From Ignavibacteriota bacterium (lineage in GTDB: Bacteria > Bacteroidota > Ignavibacteria > UBA10030), in assembly GCA_963701295.1 (NCBI GenBank), contig OY969585.1:1216001-1280000 (forward strand): a DNA stretch of 64,000 nucleotides, in the 5' to 3' direction. Of this stretch, positions 29,507 to 42,703 are shown in pieces; position 1 is the first letter of the stretch; each line of letters starts with the position of its first letter. A program made the translations under genes and the position numbers. The notes beneath the pieces are model-generated. The model was not told the origin of the DNA, did no database searches, and was given only the letters and a program-made list of their open reading frames with translations.

Positions 29507-31177
29507 ATGCGATCCGACATCATCAAAAAAGGGTTTGAACGAGCACCTCACCGTGCTTTGCTCCGCGCTGCAGGCGTAAAAGAAGCGGACTTCGGCAAGC
29601 CGTTCATCGCTGTTGCCAATTCTTATGTGGATATCGTACCCGGCCATGTGCATCTGCAGGCATTCGGAAAGTTAGTGAAGAATGCCATCCGGGCAGCCGG
29701 CGGCGTACCGTTCGAGTTTAATACTATTGCGGTCGATGACGGCATTGCCATGGGGCATGCCGGAATGAAATACAGCCTGCCTTCCCGTGAACTCATCGCC
29801 GACTGTGTGGAAACGATGATCGAGGCACACCCTTTCGACGGCATGGTATGCATACCAAACTGCGATAAAATTATTCCGGGAATGGTGATGGCTGCTCTTC
29901 GGGTGAATATTCCTACGATATTTGTTTCCGGCGGTCCAATGAAAGCCGGAAAAACGCCGGACGGAAAAGTAGTGGATTTGACTTCTGTATTTGAAGGCGT
30001 AGGTGCATATAAAGCCGGTACAGTAAATGAAAAATGGTTGAAGGTACTTGAGCGTTATGCATGCCCATCGTGCGGTTCGTGCTCGGGTTTGTTCACTGCC
30101 AATTCGATGAACTGTTTATTAGAAGTACTTGGGCTGGCATTGCCTTACAATGGTACTGCACTTGCCAAGAGCAAGGAACGAAATGAACTCGCCGCGGAAG
30201 CAGGAAAACTTATTTTGAAACTTGTTGCAAAAAATGTTTGTCCGCGCGATCTGGTTACGCAAGATGCTATTGATGATGCATTTGCGCTTGATATGGCGAT
30301 GGGTGGCAGCACGAACACGGTTCTTCATACATTGGCTTTCTGCAATGAAATCGGATTAGAATATCCGCTTTCGCGTATTAATCAGGTAGCAGATAAAATT
30401 CCGCATCTTGCCAAGATCAGCCCATCCGGCCCATGGCATATTGAAGATCTGCATAAGGCAGGAGGTATTCCCGCTCTCTTGAAAGAAGTGGCAAAAAAAG
30501 GAGATGATGTTCTCCATCTTGATCGGCCTACGGTAAGTGGAAAGACCATACGGAATATTCTTGCAAAAGCAAGAGTAAAAAATTCAGAAATTATTCGACC
30601 CGTGGAAAATCCGCATTCAGCAAAAGGTGGATTGGCAATTCTCTTCGGCAATCTTGCACCCGAAGGTGCCGTTATCAAAGCAGCCGGTGTCTCTTCAGCT
30701 ATGCGCAAGCACAGCGGACCGGCACGAATTTTTGAAGATCAGGAAGAAGCGCAAATAGGAATTCTAGCGGGACAAGTCCAAGCGGGCGATGTGGTCGTGA
30801 TTCGTTATGAAGGGCCTCGGGGCGGACCCGGTATGCAGGAGATGCTTTCTCCGACTTCAGCGATTGTGGGAATGGGACTCGGTGATAAAGTTGCGCTCAT
30901 TACTGATGGACGTTTTTCCGGCGGCACACGCGGCGCATGCATCGGACACATTTCGCCTGAGGCGGCAGGCGGAGGCCCTATTGCAGCATTGCATGCCGGC
31001 GACATCATCGACATCGATCTGGATGCACGCACATTGAATGTTCGCCTGAGTGATGAAGAAATTCGTTCGCGTATTGTAGCGCTGCCGAAATTCGAATATC
31101 GTACAACAAGCAAATGGCTCCGGCGTTATTCAAAATTTGTTACGAGTGCGAGCACCGGTGCGGTGTTACGATCTTAA
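29507..31177 (+). CDS. ilvD: Dihydroxy-acid dehydratase
   Basis: [52 protein letters not shown]. Confidence 0.97.
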   Translation: MRSDIIKKGFERAPHRALLRAAGVKEADFGKPFIAVANSYVDIVPGHVHLQAFGKLVKNAIRAAGGVPFEFNTIAVDDGIAMGHAGMKYSLPSRELIADCVETMIEAHPFDGMVCIPNCDKIIPGMVMAALRVNIPTIFVSGGPMKAGKTPDGKVVDLTSVFEGVGAYKAGTVNEKWLKVLERYACPSCGSCSGLFTANSMNCLLEVLGLALPYNGTALAKSKERNELAAEAGKLILKLVAKNVCPRDLVTQDAIDDAFALDMAMGGSTNTVLHTLAFCNEIGLEYPLSRINQVADKIPHLAKISPSGPWHIEDLHKAGGIPALLKEVAKKGDDVLHLDRPTVSGKTIRNILAKARVKNSEIIRPVENPHSAKGGLAILFGNLAPEGAVIKAAGVSSAMRKHSGPARIFEDQEEAQIGILAGQVQAGDVVVIRYEGPRGGPGMQEMLSPTSAIVGMGLGDKVALITDGRFSGGTRGACIGHISPEAAGGGPIAALHAGDIIDIDLDARTLNVRLSDEEIRSRIVALPKFEYRTTSKWLRRYSKFVTSASTGAVLRS

Positions 31178-31456
31178 TAAATAAAAGCATGACGGATGCG
31201 TTTCTGGAAAGAAACCACCGGAATAAGAAAGGTGTTGAGAAAATCGTACAAGCAACAGCGACAACAACTGGAAATAACCGGATACGAAATTTTCGTACGG
31301 TGTCTTACGGCAGAAGGAGTTGATGTACTCTTTGGATATCCGGGCGCATCGACCATCGGTATTTATGATGTACTCTACGATCTTAAGACTGCAAAGGCAA
31401 AAGGTACGGAAACAGAAGAAGATGGAACGACATCAAACAATAGAAGGAATAATGCA

Positions 31457-33217
31457 ATGACTCCGACTAAAGTATACGAAAATCATCAAGGCAAAACGAT
31501 GACAGGGGCGGAAATATTCGTTCGGAGCCTCGTCGAGGAAGGCGTAGATACGCTTTTTGGATATCCGGGTGGTGTCGTCATCGGGATCTATGATGTGCTG
31601 CACGATCTTACACACATCAAACACATTCTCACGCGGCACGAACAAGGAGCAACACATGCGGCGGAAGGATATTCAAAAGCGACCGGCAAACCCGGGGTTG
31701 TACTGGTAACATCTGGTCCCGGTGCAACAAATGCTGTTACCGGCATTGCTGATGCGTATATGGATTCGATACCGCTGGTTGTGTTCACTGGGCAGGTCAT
31801 CACGAAACTTATCGGAAATGATGCGTTCCAAGAAGTGGACATCGTTGGCATCACGCGCCCGATTACAAAACATAATTATCTCGTCAAAGATGTTAACGAA
31901 TTGGCGAATACTATCAAAGCGGCATTTTACATTGCTACCACCGGCAGGCCAGGTCCCGTGCTCGTCGATTTGCCGAAAGATGTTCTTGCTGCGAAAGCTG
32001 TGTTTGATTATCCCAAGACTATTGAGCTTCGCACCTATAATCCGACTATGGAAGGAAACGTCAAACAAATCAAAAAAGCGGCGGAACTTCTCAATGAAGC
32101 GAAGCGGCCGCTCTTATATGTTGGCGGCGGTGTTATAAGTTCCAATGCGTCTGCTGAAGTTCGTGCGCTTGCAGATAAGCTGCGTGCTCCGATCACTACA
32201 ACATTACATGGATTGGGTGTGTATCCTGAGCAGAGTAAGCTGGCTCTTGGCATGCTTGGCATGCATGGCACATGGTATTCCAATATGGCGGTTGATCAAT
32301 GCGATGTACTTGTTGCTATCGGTGCGCGGTTTGATGACCGTGTGACCGGAAGCGTAGAAAAATTTGCGAAGAACGCAAAAAAAATCCATATCGATATTGA
32401 TCCGTCTGCCATTAGTAAAAATGTACCAGTGGATGTTCCCATTGTCGGAGATGTGAAGTGCGTTCTCAAACATTTAAACGAACTTGTGAAACCGCTGGAC
32501 ACGAAAGAGTGGTTGAAGACTATTGATGGATGGAAAGTCGAACATCCGCTGCGGTATAAGCATGACGAATCGCTTCGTGCTCAACATGTTATTCATAAGC
32601 TTGGCGAAATCACAGATGGTAATGCCATCGTTGTGTCCGATGTCGGCCAGTCGCAAATGTGGACGGCGCAGTTCTTCAAATGGAAACACCCACGCACGTG
32701 CATAACGTCGGGCGGGTTGGGAACAATGGGTTTTTCGCTCCCGGCAGCCATGGGCGCGGCTTTTGGCAGGAACGACCTGCCGGTTATTTGTATCAGTGGT
32801 GACGGCGGTTTTCAAATGAACATTCAAGAATTGGCAACCATTAAACAAAATAACCTGCCCATGAAAATATTTGTTATGAATAACGGGTTTCTCGGTATGG
32901 TACGTCAATGGCAGGAATTCTTCTGGAAGAAACGGTATTCGCACACACACATTACCAGTCCGGATTTTGTAAAGGTGGCTGAGGCATACGGTATCCGCGG
33001 TATGCGAGTAACGTCGCCTACAGAAGTGGAAAGCAGTATTAAAACAGCATTGAATTATACAGAAGGCCCCATTTTGATAGAGTTTGTCGTTGCGCCGGAA
33101 GAAAATGTGTATCCAATGATCCCTGCTGGACAAACGGTAAACGAAATTATGGATAGTCCGGAGCCGCTGGAACAAACACATGCGACACATAAAACGATGA
33201 TTCATGCAAAAGGATAA
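31457..33217 (+). CDS. ilvB: Acetolactate synthase large subunit; frame is open upstream to 31196 and includes a duplicated N-terminal segment
   Basis: FGYPGG, RHEQGA, TSGPGATN, SGGLGTMG, GDGGFQMN, LGMVRQWQ; AAGGA SD before ATG 31457. Confidence 0.93.
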   Translation: MTPTKVYENHQGKTMTGAEIFVRSLVEEGVDTLFGYPGGVVIGIYDVLHDLTHIKHILTRHEQGATHAAEGYSKATGKPGVVLVTSGPGATNAVTGIADAYMDSIPLVVFTGQVITKLIGNDAFQEVDIVGITRPITKHNYLVKDVNELANTIKAAFYIATTGRPGPVLVDLPKDVLAAKAVFDYPKTIELRTYNPTMEGNVKQIKKAAELLNEAKRPLLYVGGGVISSNASAEVRALADKLRAPITTTLHGLGVYPEQSKLALGMLGMHGTWYSNMAVDQCDVLVAIGARFDDRVTGSVEKFAKNAKKIHIDIDPSAISKNVPVDVPIVGDVKCVLKHLNELVKPLDTKEWLKTIDGWKVEHPLRYKHDESLRAQHVIHKLGEITDGNAIVVSDVGQSQMWTAQFFKWKHPRTCITSGGLGTMGFSLPAAMGAAFGRNDLPVICISGDGGFQMNIQELATIKQNNLPMKIFVMNNGFLGMVRQWQEFFWKKRYSHTHITSPDFVKVAEAYGIRGMRVTSPTEVESSIKTALNYTEGPILIEFVVAPEENVYPMIPAGQTVNEIMDSPEPLEQTHATHKTMIHAKG

Positions 33218-33243
33218 TGTTACTGAAAACAGGAGAAGAGACC

Positions 33244-33762
33244 ATGGCATCATCAACAACTCATGAACAAATGAAACAGCATACAATTTCGATGACGGTG
33301 GAGAACCATTTCGGTACATTAAATAGAATAGCCGGATTGTTTGCAGCCAAAGGATACAACATCGATAGTCTCACTGTCGGTCCGACTGAAGATGAAGCTG
33401 TCTCGCGTATGACCATTGTAACACGTGGTGACGATCAGATCGTCGAACAAATTATGAAGCAACTTCATAAGCTGATCGATACCATTAAAGTGGTAGATTT
33501 AACAGACGACACGTTTGTCGACAGAGAACTGGCTTTGGTGAAAGTACAATCTACCCCAACAACGCGAATGGAGATCATGCAGATCTCGGAAATTTTCCGT
33601 ACGAAAGTAGTGGATGTCAGTCCAAAAACGCTTACAATAGAAGCGACCGGTTCGCAGCTCAAAGTAGATGCAATTATAAATATGCTGAAACCATTCGGGA
33701 TTAAAGAACTGGCACGCACAGGCCGCGTTGCAATCAAACGAGAGTTTCAAGGCGAAGCATAA
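33244..33762 (+). CDS. ilvN: Acetolactate synthase small regulatory subunit
   Basis: ACT domain (VENHFGTLNRIAGLF..GYNIDSL), RELALVKV, ELARTG. Confidence 0.93.
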   Translation: MASSTTHEQMKQHTISMTVENHFGTLNRIAGLFAAKGYNIDSLTVGPTEDEAVSRMTIVTRGDDQIVEQIMKQLHKLIDTIKVVDLTDDTFVDRELALVKVQSTPTTRMEIMQISEIFRTKVVDVSPKTLTIEATGSQLKVDAIINMLKPFGIKELARTGRVAIKREFQGEA

Positions 33763-33797
33763 ATGGATAAAGTGAGAAAGACAGGATTAAGGCAAGA

Positions 33798-36700
33798 GTG
33801 ATGACTTCAGATGTATTTAAAGATTTTCCGCTGTACGACCCGCGTAACGAGCATGATGCATGTGGAATCGGTTTTATCGTTAATGTCAATGCTGAGCGTT
33901 CGCACGATGTTATTTTGAAGGGAATCCAAATCCTGGTGAATCTCGCACATCGAGGTGCGAGCGGCTCCGATCCGAAAACAGGAGATGGTGCCGGTATTAC
34001 CATCCAAATACCGCATATTTTTTTTGCGAGAGAGTGTAATAAGCTTGGTTTTACACTGCCGCCCGAAGGCGAGTACGGTGTTGGAATGTTGTTTCTGCCG
34101 GTCGAACCACAACCGCGGTTTGAATGTGAAGCCATCATCGAGAGAATCGTTCAAGAAGAGGGATTGAGCATGCTTGGATGGCGCGATACTCCGGTGGATG
34201 CTGATGCCATTGGTCGTGTTGCACGAGTGTCGCAGCCGTACATCGAACAAGTTTTCATTCGATGTGCTCTCGGTATGACAACTGATGAGCTTGAGCGTAA
34301 ACTGTATGTTGTTCGGAAACGAGCCGAATCGGAAATTGCTGAATCGACTATTCTGAATAAAAATTTCTTTTATGTCCCGTCGCTGTCTGCGCGGACAATT
34401 ATTTATAAAGGATTACTGATTGCGACGCAAATTGCACGCTTCTATAAAGAGCTGTCGGATCCCGATACGATGAGCGCGCTGTGTCTCGTGCATCAGCGGT
34501 TTTCTACGAACACATTTCCAAGTTGGCAGCTTGCGCATCCGTTCCGATATATTTGTCATAACGGAGAGATCAACACGCTGCGCGGCAACGTCAACTGGAT
34601 GCACGCACGTCAATCAGTCCTTACATCAGATGTATTTGGCAGCAACATCAACAAATTGTTCCCAATCATCCAGCCGGGAGTGAGCGACTCTGCGGCGTTG
34701 GATAATGCAGTCGAACTCATCACAATGAGTGGACGCAGCTTGCCTCATGCGATGACGATTCTTATTCCTGAAGCATGGGGAACTGATACCGATATGTCTC
34801 CTGAGAAACGGGCGTACTATGAATTCCACGCATCGTTGATGGAACCATGGGATGGCCCAGCCGCTGTCGCATTTACCGACGGCCGTGTGATCGGTGCTAC
34901 AATTGATCGCAATGGACTCCGTCCTGCACGTTATTTGGTGACGAATGATAACTTTCTGATCATGGCATCTGAAACAGGAGTGCTGGATGTTGAACCGGAG
35001 AACGTGAAGCACAAAGGTTGTCTTGAACCGGGCAATATGCTGCTTGCCGATCTTACGGAAAAGCGAATCATTCCGGATGAGGAAATTAAAACACGGCTTG
35101 CGAACCGGCAGCCCTATGCTCAATGGATTCAAGACAATCAAATTCGACTAGATCAGCTTCCAGAACCGCCTCGCGAAATTGGTTTCAGTCCGGAGGATTT
35201 GCTCAAACGCCAGCGCGCGTTTGGATATACAGACGAAGATATCCGGATGCTCATAATTCCGATGGCAACTGATGCACAGGAACCTGTGGGTTCGATGGGT
35301 GCGGATACACCGCTGGCATGTCTTTCGGATAAACCGCAGTCATTATTCAATTACTTTAAACAAAATTTTGCACAGGTTACCAATCCGCCGATCGATTCGA
35401 TCCGTGAAGAATTGGTGATGTCGCTGACAAGTTACATCGGCACGGAAAGCAACCTGCTGGACGAGACACCGAAGCATTGCCATACATTGAAATTGCCAGA
35501 ACCGATTCTCACAAACCGTGATCTGGAAAAAATGAGGCGCGTCTCGCAAGGTGATTTTCTTGCCACAATGCTGCCAATGCTTTTCCGGGTTGATGGCGGC
35601 GAAAAAGAACTCGAACGGGCTTTAGATGGCCTCTGCCGCCGTGCGTCGTTGTCGATAAAATCCGGGTACACAATTATCATTCTTTCCGACCGTGGTGTCG
35701 ATGAAGAATATGCAGCGATCCCGAGTTTGCTTGCTCTTACAGCAGTGCACAATCATCTCATCCGCGAAAAAACTCGTACACAAGTAGCACTGGTAGTTGA
35801 ATCTGGCGAGCCGCGTGAAGTCATGCATTATTGCCTGCTCGTTGGATTCGGTGCAAGTGCGGTCAATCCATATCTCGCTATCGAAACATTGGAAGAACTT
35901 GCAAATCGGGGGTATTTTCCAGAGGAGATCACATTTGATAAAGCGGTTTACAATTATAAGAAAGCAATAAACAAAGGAATACTCAAAACAATGTCCAAAA
36001 TGGGTATTTCCACATTGCAAAGTTATCAGGGCGCTCAAGTGTTTGAAGCGCTCGGATTAGGAAAAGGACTTATCGCAAAATATTTTACAGGTATCGCGTC
36101 ACGTATAGGCGGCATTGGACTGAATGAAATAGCGATGGAAGCAAAAATGAAACATGACTTTGCATTCCGGAAACTCACCAGCGCCGATACAGAGCTTGAT
36201 CTCGGCGGGAATTATTATTTCCGCATCAACGGTGAACGGCATACAGTGAATCCTACAACCATCACGAAACTTCAACAGGCGGTTCGGTTATCGGATGAGA
36301 AAAGTTATAAAGAATACGCTCAGCATCTGAACAATCAAAACGGCGGATTGTATAACTTACGCGGACTGATGGAATTTAAAAAAGGAACGCGTACTATTCC
36401 GATCGAAGAAGTGGAAACGGCGAAGGAAATCGTTAAGCGATTTGTTACGGGAGCAATGTCGTACGGCTCCATTAGTAAAGAAGCGCATGAAACACTCGCT
36501 GTTGCAATGAACCGCATGGGTGGCAGGTCGAATACCGGTGAAGGCGGCGAGGATGAAGAACGATTCAAACCGGATGCCGACGGAAATCTTCGCCGGAGCG
36601 CCATTAAACAAATTGCCTCGGCTCGTTTTGGTGTCTCGGCAAATTATTTAGTCAATGCAGATGAAATTCAAATTAAGATTGCACAAGGTGCAAAACCCGG

Positions 36701-38360
36701 CGAGGGCGGGCAGCTCCCCGGTCATAAAGTGGATGCCATCATTGCGAGAACACGGCATTCTATTCAGGGCGTCCAGCTTATTTCACCGCCGCCGCATCAC
36801 GATATTTATTCTATCGAAGATCTGGCGCAATTGATTTTCGATATGAAAAATGTTAATCCGCGCGCACGCATTTCGGTGAAACTTGTTGCAGAAAATGGTG
36901 TCGGCACTGTGGCTGCAGGTGTTGCGAAAGCGCATGCAGATTCGATTCTCATCAGCGGTGACTCAGGCGGAACAGGAGCATCGCCGTTGTCATCCATCAA
37001 GCATGCCGGTATCCCATGGGAGATCGGACTTGCAGAAGCACAACAGGTGCTAGTATTAAACGACCTGCGCAGCCGTGTCCGGTTGCAAACGGATGGAAAA
37101 CTGCAAACCGGCCGCGATGTGGCTATTGCGGCATTATTGGGTGCCGAAGAGTATGGTTTTTCGACCATGCCGTTGATTTCGATGGGATGTATCATGATGC
37201 GAAAATGTCATCTGAATACATGCCCGGTCGGTATTGCAACACAAGATCCAGGTTTGCGTGCGAAGTTCGAAGGAACACCGGATCATATTATTAATTTCTT
37301 TTTTTTCGTTGCTGAAGAATTGCGCGAGATCATGGCACAGCTTGGATTCAGAAAAGTTGACGAAATGATTGGGCGCGTCGATATGCTGGAAGCACGTAAG
37401 GGGGTCGAACACTGGAAGGCAAAACATATCGACCTTTCGTTTCTCCTGCATAATCCTCCGGCACCATCGCGTTTTGGACGCCGTAGTCAAATTTTGCAAG
37501 AGCACGGATTGAATAATGTGCTTGATCATCAGTTAATCGAATATGCAAAAGATGCAATTGAAAAGGCAGCCCCGATTGAATTTGATCTTCCGATTCGGAA
37601 CGTCCATCGGACTGTCGGTGCGATGCTTAGCGGAGAAATTGCTAGAAAATACGGTTCCGCTGGATTGCCGGAGAATACAATCAAAATACATTTTTCTGGT
37701 TCCGCGGGTCAAAGCTTTGGTGCATTTCTGGCGCGGGGAATTACGCTCATGCTTGAAGGAGACGCTAATGACTACACAGGAAAAGGATTATCAGGTGGCA
37801 GACTTATTATTTATCCTTCGCGAAGATCGAAATGTATACCCGAGGAAAATACAGTAGTCGGCAATGTCATTTTGTATGGAGCGACGACCGGCGAAGCGTA
37901 CTTCAATGGAAAAGCAGGCGAACGTTTTGCCATCCGCAACTCTGGTGCGACGGCTGTTGTGGAAGCGGTTGGTGCTCACGGGTGCGAATATATGACGAAT
38001 GGCACAGTAGTGGTTCTCGGACCGACAGGGAAAAATTTTGCAGCAGGTATGTCGGGTGGTTTTGCATACGTGCTGGATGAAACCGGCGCATTTTCTGCAA
38101 CACTTTGTAACCGATCCATGGTTGATGTCGATCCGCTTGATGCGAAAGACGAAGAAACAGTGTTAAAACTAGTGGAAAAACATTTCGAATACACTGCAAG
38201 TCCTCGTGCGCGATTTATTCTCGACCGATGGCAGCAGCTGGTAAAGAAATTTGTCAAAGTATTTCCGCATGACTATAAGAGAATATTAGGCGCAGCAGCA
38301 AATGCGCCTTTGAAGAAAACGACATCGGCAGTAGTTATCGAAGAGGTGTCCCATGGGTAA
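33798..38360 (+). CDS. gltB: Glutamate synthase large subunit
   Basis: HDACGIGF Ntn Cys, [44 protein letters not shown]. Confidence 0.98.
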   Translation: MMTSDVFKDFPLYDPRNEHDACGIGFIVNVNAERSHDVILKGIQILVNLAHRGASGSDPKTGDGAGITIQIPHIFFARECNKLGFTLPPEGEYGVGMLFLPVEPQPRFECEAIIERIVQEEGLSMLGWRDTPVDADAIGRVARVSQPYIEQVFIRCALGMTTDELERKLYVVRKRAESEIAESTILNKNFFYVPSLSARTIIYKGLLIATQIARFYKELSDPDTMSALCLVHQRFSTNTFPSWQLAHPFRYICHNGEINTLRGNVNWMHARQSVLTSDVFGSNINKLFPIIQPGVSDSAALDNAVELITMSGRSLPHAMTILIPEAWGTDTDMSPEKRAYYEFHASLMEPWDGPAAVAFTDGRVIGATIDRNGLRPARYLVTNDNFLIMASETGVLDVEPENVKHKGCLEPGNMLLADLTEKRIIPDEEIKTRLANRQPYAQWIQDNQIRLDQLPEPPREIGFSPEDLLKRQRAFGYTDEDIRMLIIPMATDAQEPVGSMGADTPLACLSDKPQSLFNYFKQNFAQVTNPPIDSIREELVMSLTSYIGTESNLLDETPKHCHTLKLPEPILTNRDLEKMRRVSQGDFLATMLPMLFRVDGGEKELERALDGLCRRASLSIKSGYTIIILSDRGVDEEYAAIPSLLALTAVHNHLIREKTRTQVALVVESGEPREVMHYCLLVGFGASAVNPYLAIETLEELANRGYFPEEITFDKAVYNYKKAINKGILKTMSKMGISTLQSYQGAQVFEALGLGKGLIAKYFTGIASRIGGIGLNEIAMEAKMKHDFAFRKLTSADTELDLGGNYYFRINGERHTVNPTTITKLQQAVRLSDEKSYKEYAQHLNNQNGGLYNLRGLMEFKKGTRTIPIEEVETAKEIVKRFVTGAMSYGSISKEAHETLAVAMNRMGGRSNTGEGGEDEERFKPDADGNLRRSAIKQIASARFGVSANYLVNADEIQIKIAQGAKPGEGGQLPGHKVDAIIARTRHSIQGVQLISPPPHHDIYSIEDLAQLIFDMKNVNPRARISVKLVAENGVGTVAAGVAKAHADSILISGDSGGTGASPLSSIKHAGIPWEIGLAEAQQVLVLNDLRSRVRLQTDGKLQTGRDVAIAALLGAEEYGFSTMPLISMGCIMMRKCHLNTCPVGIATQDPGLRAKFEGTPDHIINFFFFVAEELREIMAQLGFRKVDEMIGRVDMLEARKGVEHWKAKHIDLSFLLHNPPAPSRFGRRSQILQEHGLNNVLDHQLIEYAKDAIEKAAPIEFDLPIRNVHRTVGAMLSGEIARKYGSAGLPENTIKIHFSGSAGQSFGAFLARGITLMLEGDANDYTGKGLSGGRLIIYPSRRSKCIPEENTVVGNVILYGATTGEAYFNGKAGERFAIRNSGATAVVEAVGAHGCEYMTNGTVVVLGPTGKNFAAGMSGGFAYVLDETGAFSATLCNRSMVDVDPLDAKDEETVLKLVEKHFEYTASPRARFILDRWQQLVKKFVKVFPHDYKRILGAAANAPLKKTTSAVVIEEVSHG

Positions 38361-39774
38361 GCCGACCGGATTTTTGGAATATAAGCGCGAAACACCTGCA
38401 CACCGGTCGGTAGCCGAACGTATTAATGATTGGCAAGATGTTTATCAGGAGTTTACTGATCAAAAGGTTCGGACACAGGGAGCGCGCTGTATGGATTGCG
38501 GAATTCCATTCTGTCATCTTGGATGTCCGTTGAACAATGTTATTCCGCATTGGAACGATCTTGTGTACCGGAATCGATGGAAAGAAGCGATCCGAATTTT
38601 ACATTCAACCAATAATTTTCCGGAATTCACAGGACGTATTTGTCCGGCGCCGTGCGAAACGGCATGCGTGTTAGACATCAATGAACCGGCCGTTGCGATC
38701 AAAGCGATCGAGTGCTCAATCATCGATGTTGCATTCCGCGAAGGATGGATCAAACCCGAACGTCCAGCTGTACGAACAGGAAAAACGATTGCAGTGATTG
38801 GATCGGGACCGGCTGGACTTGCAGCGGCACAACAATTGAATCGTGCCGGACATCATGTTACGGTATACGAGAAGAGCGACCGCATCGGTGGATTGTTACG
38901 TTATGGAATTCCCGATTTCAAATTGGAAAAATTTCAGATTGACCGGCGCATCGAAATAATGCAGGCAGAAGGGATCGTTTTCGCAACAAAAGCCCATGTT
39001 GGAGTGAATATTGCTTCCGATGAATTGCAAAGGTCGTACAGTGCGTTACTTCTAACCGGCGGATCTGAATCTCCCCGCGATCTGAAAGTTCCTGGCCGTG
39101 ATTTGAAAGGAATTCACTTTGCGATGGATTTTCTGACACAGCAAAATAAGCGAGTTGGCGGGATTATTGTTGATCCAACAAAATCAATTCTCGCAGCAGG
39201 TAAGCGGGTTATTATTCTTGGCGGCGGCGATACTGGCGCTGACTGTCTTGGCACCTGCCATAGGCAGAAGGCAGCATCAGTCCAGCAGTTTGAGATTATG
39301 CCGAAGCCTCCAATTGACAGATCTCCCAGCACACCGTGGCCGTTGTGGCCGCTGCAGTTGCGCACAGAGAGTGCTCATGAAGAAGGCGGAATACGAAATT
39401 GGTCTATCGCGACAACCCGTTTTGAAGGCGATACAGAAGGCAATGTAAAGAAATTACATGCCGTACGTGTCGATCCAGCACCGGATTTCAAACCGGTTCC
39501 TGGATCAGAATTTTCCATCGACACCGATATGGTATTAATTGCCATGGGATTCACTGGTCCGACAAAAAGCGGATTGCTTGATGAATTAGGCGTTGCGCTC
39601 GATTCCCGTGGGAATGTATCTACGGACGAAAATTATTTGACTTCCATTCCCGGAGTATATGCAGCGGGAGATATGCGGCGCGGCCAGTCATTGGTCGTTT
39701 GGGCAATTGCAGAAGGAAGGAAAGCTGCCCGTGCAATGGATCTTCATTTAATGGGATTTTCGAATTTACCATAG
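38353..39774 (+). CDS. gltD: Glutamate synthase small subunit
   Basis: [46 protein letters not shown]. Confidence 0.97.
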   Translation: MGKPTGFLEYKRETPAHRSVAERINDWQDVYQEFTDQKVRTQGARCMDCGIPFCHLGCPLNNVIPHWNDLVYRNRWKEAIRILHSTNNFPEFTGRICPAPCETACVLDINEPAVAIKAIECSIIDVAFREGWIKPERPAVRTGKTIAVIGSGPAGLAAAQQLNRAGHHVTVYEKSDRIGGLLRYGIPDFKLEKFQIDRRIEIMQAEGIVFATKAHVGVNIASDELQRSYSALLLTGGSESPRDLKVPGRDLKGIHFAMDFLTQQNKRVGGIIVDPTKSILAAGKRVIILGGGDTGADCLGTCHRQKAASVQQFEIMPKPPIDRSPSTPWPLWPLQLRTESAHEEGGIRNWSIATTRFEGDTEGNVKKLHAVRVDPAPDFKPVPGSEFSIDTDMVLIAMGFTGPTKSGLLDELGVALDSRGNVSTDENYLTSIPGVYAAGDMRRGQSLVVWAIAEGRKAARAMDLHLMGFSNLP

Positions 39775-39893
39775 GATTTTGTTTGCGAAGATCACAAAGA
39801 AATGTTGAGTGACGCTGTGTCCTTGTTGATTAAGATCGGTTTAAGAATTGTGAAAATAGGAAAATAATCATTTTAAATAAGGAGAAAAAAAAC

Positions 39894-40994
39894 ATGGCAA
39901 TTATCGATTTTGGCGGTGAGAAAGAAGAAGTTGTTACCCGTAAAGAATTTACACTTGCAAAAGCGCGCAAAGTTCTAAAGAAAGAAGTTGTAGCTGTCAT
40001 TGGCTATGGCGTACAAGGACCTGCCCAAGCTCTGAACATGAAAGATAACGGCATTCATGTGATCATCGGCCAGTCGAAAGAATATAAAAAGGACTGGGAT
40101 CGCGCAGTGAAAGATGGTTGGGTTCCCGGCAAAACTCTTTTTCCGATTGAAGAAGCTGTTCGGCGTGGAACAATTATTCAAATGCTTGTATCTGATGCAG
40201 CTCAGCGAATTATTTGGCCTGTGGTCAAACAAAATCTCAAATCCGGTGATGCGTTGTACTTTTCGCATGGATTCTCTATTACCTATAAAGAAGAGACAGG
40301 TGTAATCCCGCCGAAAGACGTCGATGTGATCTTGGTTGCTCCAAAAGGTTCCGGTTTGAATGTTCGCCGTAACTTTCTGTCCGGTGCCGGTATCAATTCA
40401 AGCTATGGAGTGTTTCAGGATGCTACTGGCCGAGCAGAAGAACGTTGCTTGGCTATCGGTATTGCCATTGGTTCCGGGTATTTGTTCCCGACAACATTTT
40501 TGAAAGAGGTCTATAGTGACCTTACGGGCGAACGTGGTGTGTTGATGGGCGCGCTTGCAGGTCTTATGCAGGCACAGTATGACGTCCTCCGCAAGAACGG
40601 CCATTCACCGTCGGAAGCGTTCAATGAAACAGTTGAGGAATTAACACAGAGTCTTATCCGGCTTGTTGATGAAAACGGAATGGACTGGATGTATTCAAAC
40701 TGTTCCGTCACTGCACAACACGGTGCGCTGAAGTGGAGACCGATTTTCCATCAGGCAAACCTGCCAGTGTTCGAAAAGTTGTATGAATCCGTGAGGAGCG
40801 GTCAGGAAACTCGCGAAGTGATTCAAGATTGCGGCGGCAAGGATTATCAAGAGTATTTAGCGAAAAAACTTGGAGAAATTCATAATTCTGAAATGTGGGA
40901 AGCCGGTGCCGCCGTCCGTGCGCTTCGCCCCAAAGAAAAAGCGAAAGCTATTTCCAAGAAGATTAAAGGAGTCAGCGGCCGAGGACAGAATTAA
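39894..40994 (+). CDS. ilvC: Ketol-acid reductoisomerase (Bacteroidetes/fungal-like type)
   Basis: GYGVQGPAQ, FSHGF, VAPKGSG, EVYSDLTGERG.LMG, AFNETVEE. Confidence 0.95.
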   Translation: MAIIDFGGEKEEVVTRKEFTLAKARKVLKKEVVAVIGYGVQGPAQALNMKDNGIHVIIGQSKEYKKDWDRAVKDGWVPGKTLFPIEEAVRRGTIIQMLVSDAAQRIIWPVVKQNLKSGDALYFSHGFSITYKEETGVIPPKDVDVILVAPKGSGLNVRRNFLSGAGINSSYGVFQDATGRAEERCLAIGIAIGSGYLFPTTFLKEVYSDLTGERGVLMGALAGLMQAQYDVLRKNGHSPSEAFNETVEELTQSLIRLVDENGMDWMYSNCSVTAQHGALKWRPIFHQANLPVFEKLYESVRSGQETREVIQDCGGKDYQEYLAKKLGEIHNSEMWEAGAAVRALRPKEKAKAISKKIKGVSGRGQN

Positions 40995-41075
40995 TTCGAT
41001 TTGATGTATTACAAAGTGTCGGGGCGTTCTCTCAAACGCCTCTGCACATTAATAAAATATTTTCACTCATAGATC

Positions 41076-42671
41076 ATGCAAAGGCTATTTATGCAACAAA
41101 TTTCATTGTATGACACGACGCTGCGCGACGGCACACAAGGAGAAGATGTTTCCTTTTCTGCCGAAGATAAAATAAAGATCGCAAAACGGCTCGATTCTTT
41201 TGGTATAGCGTACATCGAAGGCGGATGGCCCGGTTCGAATCCCAAGGATATGGAATTCTTCGAGCGCGCTCGTGACACCAAATTCACGCATGCAAAGATT
41301 GCGGCGTTCGGATCCACACGCCGGGCGAAAAATCCTGTTGAAAAGGATGCGAATATTCGTGCATTATTAGATGCGCAGACACCAGTTGTGACCATCTTCG
41401 GAAAATCATGGCTTCTCCATGTGAAACAAGCGCTGCAAATTTCTCCTGAAGAGAATTTGATAATCATTGCCGATTCCGTTGCCTATCTCAAGAAGCATGG
41501 GAAAGAAGTGATCTACGATGCAGAACATTTCTTCGATGGGTATAAACAGGATAAAGCCTATGCTGCACAGACGCTGCAAGCTGCCGGAAAAGCTGGTGCC
41601 GAAATTCTTGTTCTCTGTGACACTAACGGCGGAACATTGCCGTGGGAAGTAGCGGAAATAGTACGCAAAGTCAAGAAAAACATCTCGACCCCTCTCGGTA
41701 TTCACACGCACAACGATTCCGAAACAGCAGTCGCAAGTTCATTACTGGCAGTACGCGAAGGATGTATCCAAGTGCAGGGGACAATCAACGGTTATGGCGA
41801 ACGTTGCGGGAATGCCAATCTATGCTCTATTATACCCGATCTCCAATTGAAGATGGGATATCGATGCGTTTCGGATGAACAGCTGCTACATCTCACCGCT
41901 GTCTCGCGCTACGTGAGTGAACTGGCAAATATGAAACATCAGAAAAATCTTCCTTTTGTGGGGGAAAGTGCGTTTGCTCATAAAGGCGGCGTTCATGTCA
42001 GTGCGGTGATGAAAACTGCGCTCACCTATGAGCATATTGTACCGGATGCAGTTGGGAGTGTTCGTCGAGTACTGATTTCTGATCTTTCTGGCCGAAGCAA
42101 TATTATTTTCAAAGCAAAAGAGTTAGGCGTACAGCTTGATGAGAAGTCTCCGGCCGTGCAGAAAATTGTTGACGAGATCAAAGAGATGGAACACTACGGC
42201 TACAGCTATGAAGATGCCGAAGGATCGTTTGAGTTGATGGTAAAGCGTCATACGGGAGAAATGAAACATTTCTTCGATTTAGAGCGATTCAAGGTTAGTA
42301 TCCAAAAAGATAGTCTTGAAAAAGATGCACGTTCTGAAGCGTTGATTAAGATACGCGTAGGCAACGAAACAGAAATCACCGCTGCCGAAGGAGACGGTCC
42401 GATAAACGCACTCGATAAAGCATTGCGTAAGGCTCTTGAAAAATTTTATCCTGAATTGAGTCAGATCCATTTGACCGATTACAAGGTACGTGTGCTCGAC
42501 ACACAAAATGCCACAGCAGCAAAGGTGCGCGTATTGATCGAAACTGAGAACGGTGAATCGTCATGGAATACGGTTGGCGTGTCTCCGGACGTGGTGGAAG
42601 CGAGCTGGAAAGCGCTGGTCGATTCGATCAGTTATCATTTGTTAAAGCATCGTACACCCGATATAGTCTAA
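41076..42671 (+). CDS. cimA: Citramalate synthase
   Basis: [56 protein letters not shown]. Confidence 0.9.
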   Translation: MQRLFMQQISLYDTTLRDGTQGEDVSFSAEDKIKIAKRLDSFGIAYIEGGWPGSNPKDMEFFERARDTKFTHAKIAAFGSTRRAKNPVEKDANIRALLDAQTPVVTIFGKSWLLHVKQALQISPEENLIIIADSVAYLKKHGKEVIYDAEHFFDGYKQDKAYAAQTLQAAGKAGAEILVLCDTNGGTLPWEVAEIVRKVKKNISTPLGIHTHNDSETAVASSLLAVREGCIQVQGTINGYGERCGNANLCSIIPDLQLKMGYRCVSDEQLLHLTAVSRYVSELANMKHQKNLPFVGESAFAHKGGVHVSAVMKTALTYEHIVPDAVGSVRRVLISDLSGRSNIIFKAKELGVQLDEKSPAVQKIVDEIKEMEHYGYSYEDAEGSFELMVKRHTGEMKHFFDLERFKVSIQKDSLEKDARSEALIKIRVGNETEITAAEGDGPINALDKALRKALEKFYPELSQIHLTDYKVRVLDTQNATAAKVRVLIETENGESSWNTVGVSPDVVEASWKALVDSISYHLLKHRTPDIV

Positions 42672-42703
42672 TGTAGTAAGTCATTTATAGAGGAAATTGT
42701 TCA

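Noticed and set aside
31189-31323. Overlapping 44-aa ORF with an ATATTT run as an internal Thr leader
   Set aside because: No terminator or antiterminator follows; it is better explained as an alternative frame of the duplicated ilvB start
32474-33319. 281-aa antisense ORF
   Set aside because: It is a shadow of ilvB/ilvN with no recognisable motifs; the same applies to most short overlapping ORFs in the track
41014-41048. Hairpin after ilvC as an operon-ending terminator
   Set aside because: There is no U-tract; it is more likely an mRNA-stabilising stem
41228-41250. tRNA T-loop-like GGTTCGAATCC
   Set aside because: It lies in frame in cimA (PGSNP) and has no cloverleaf
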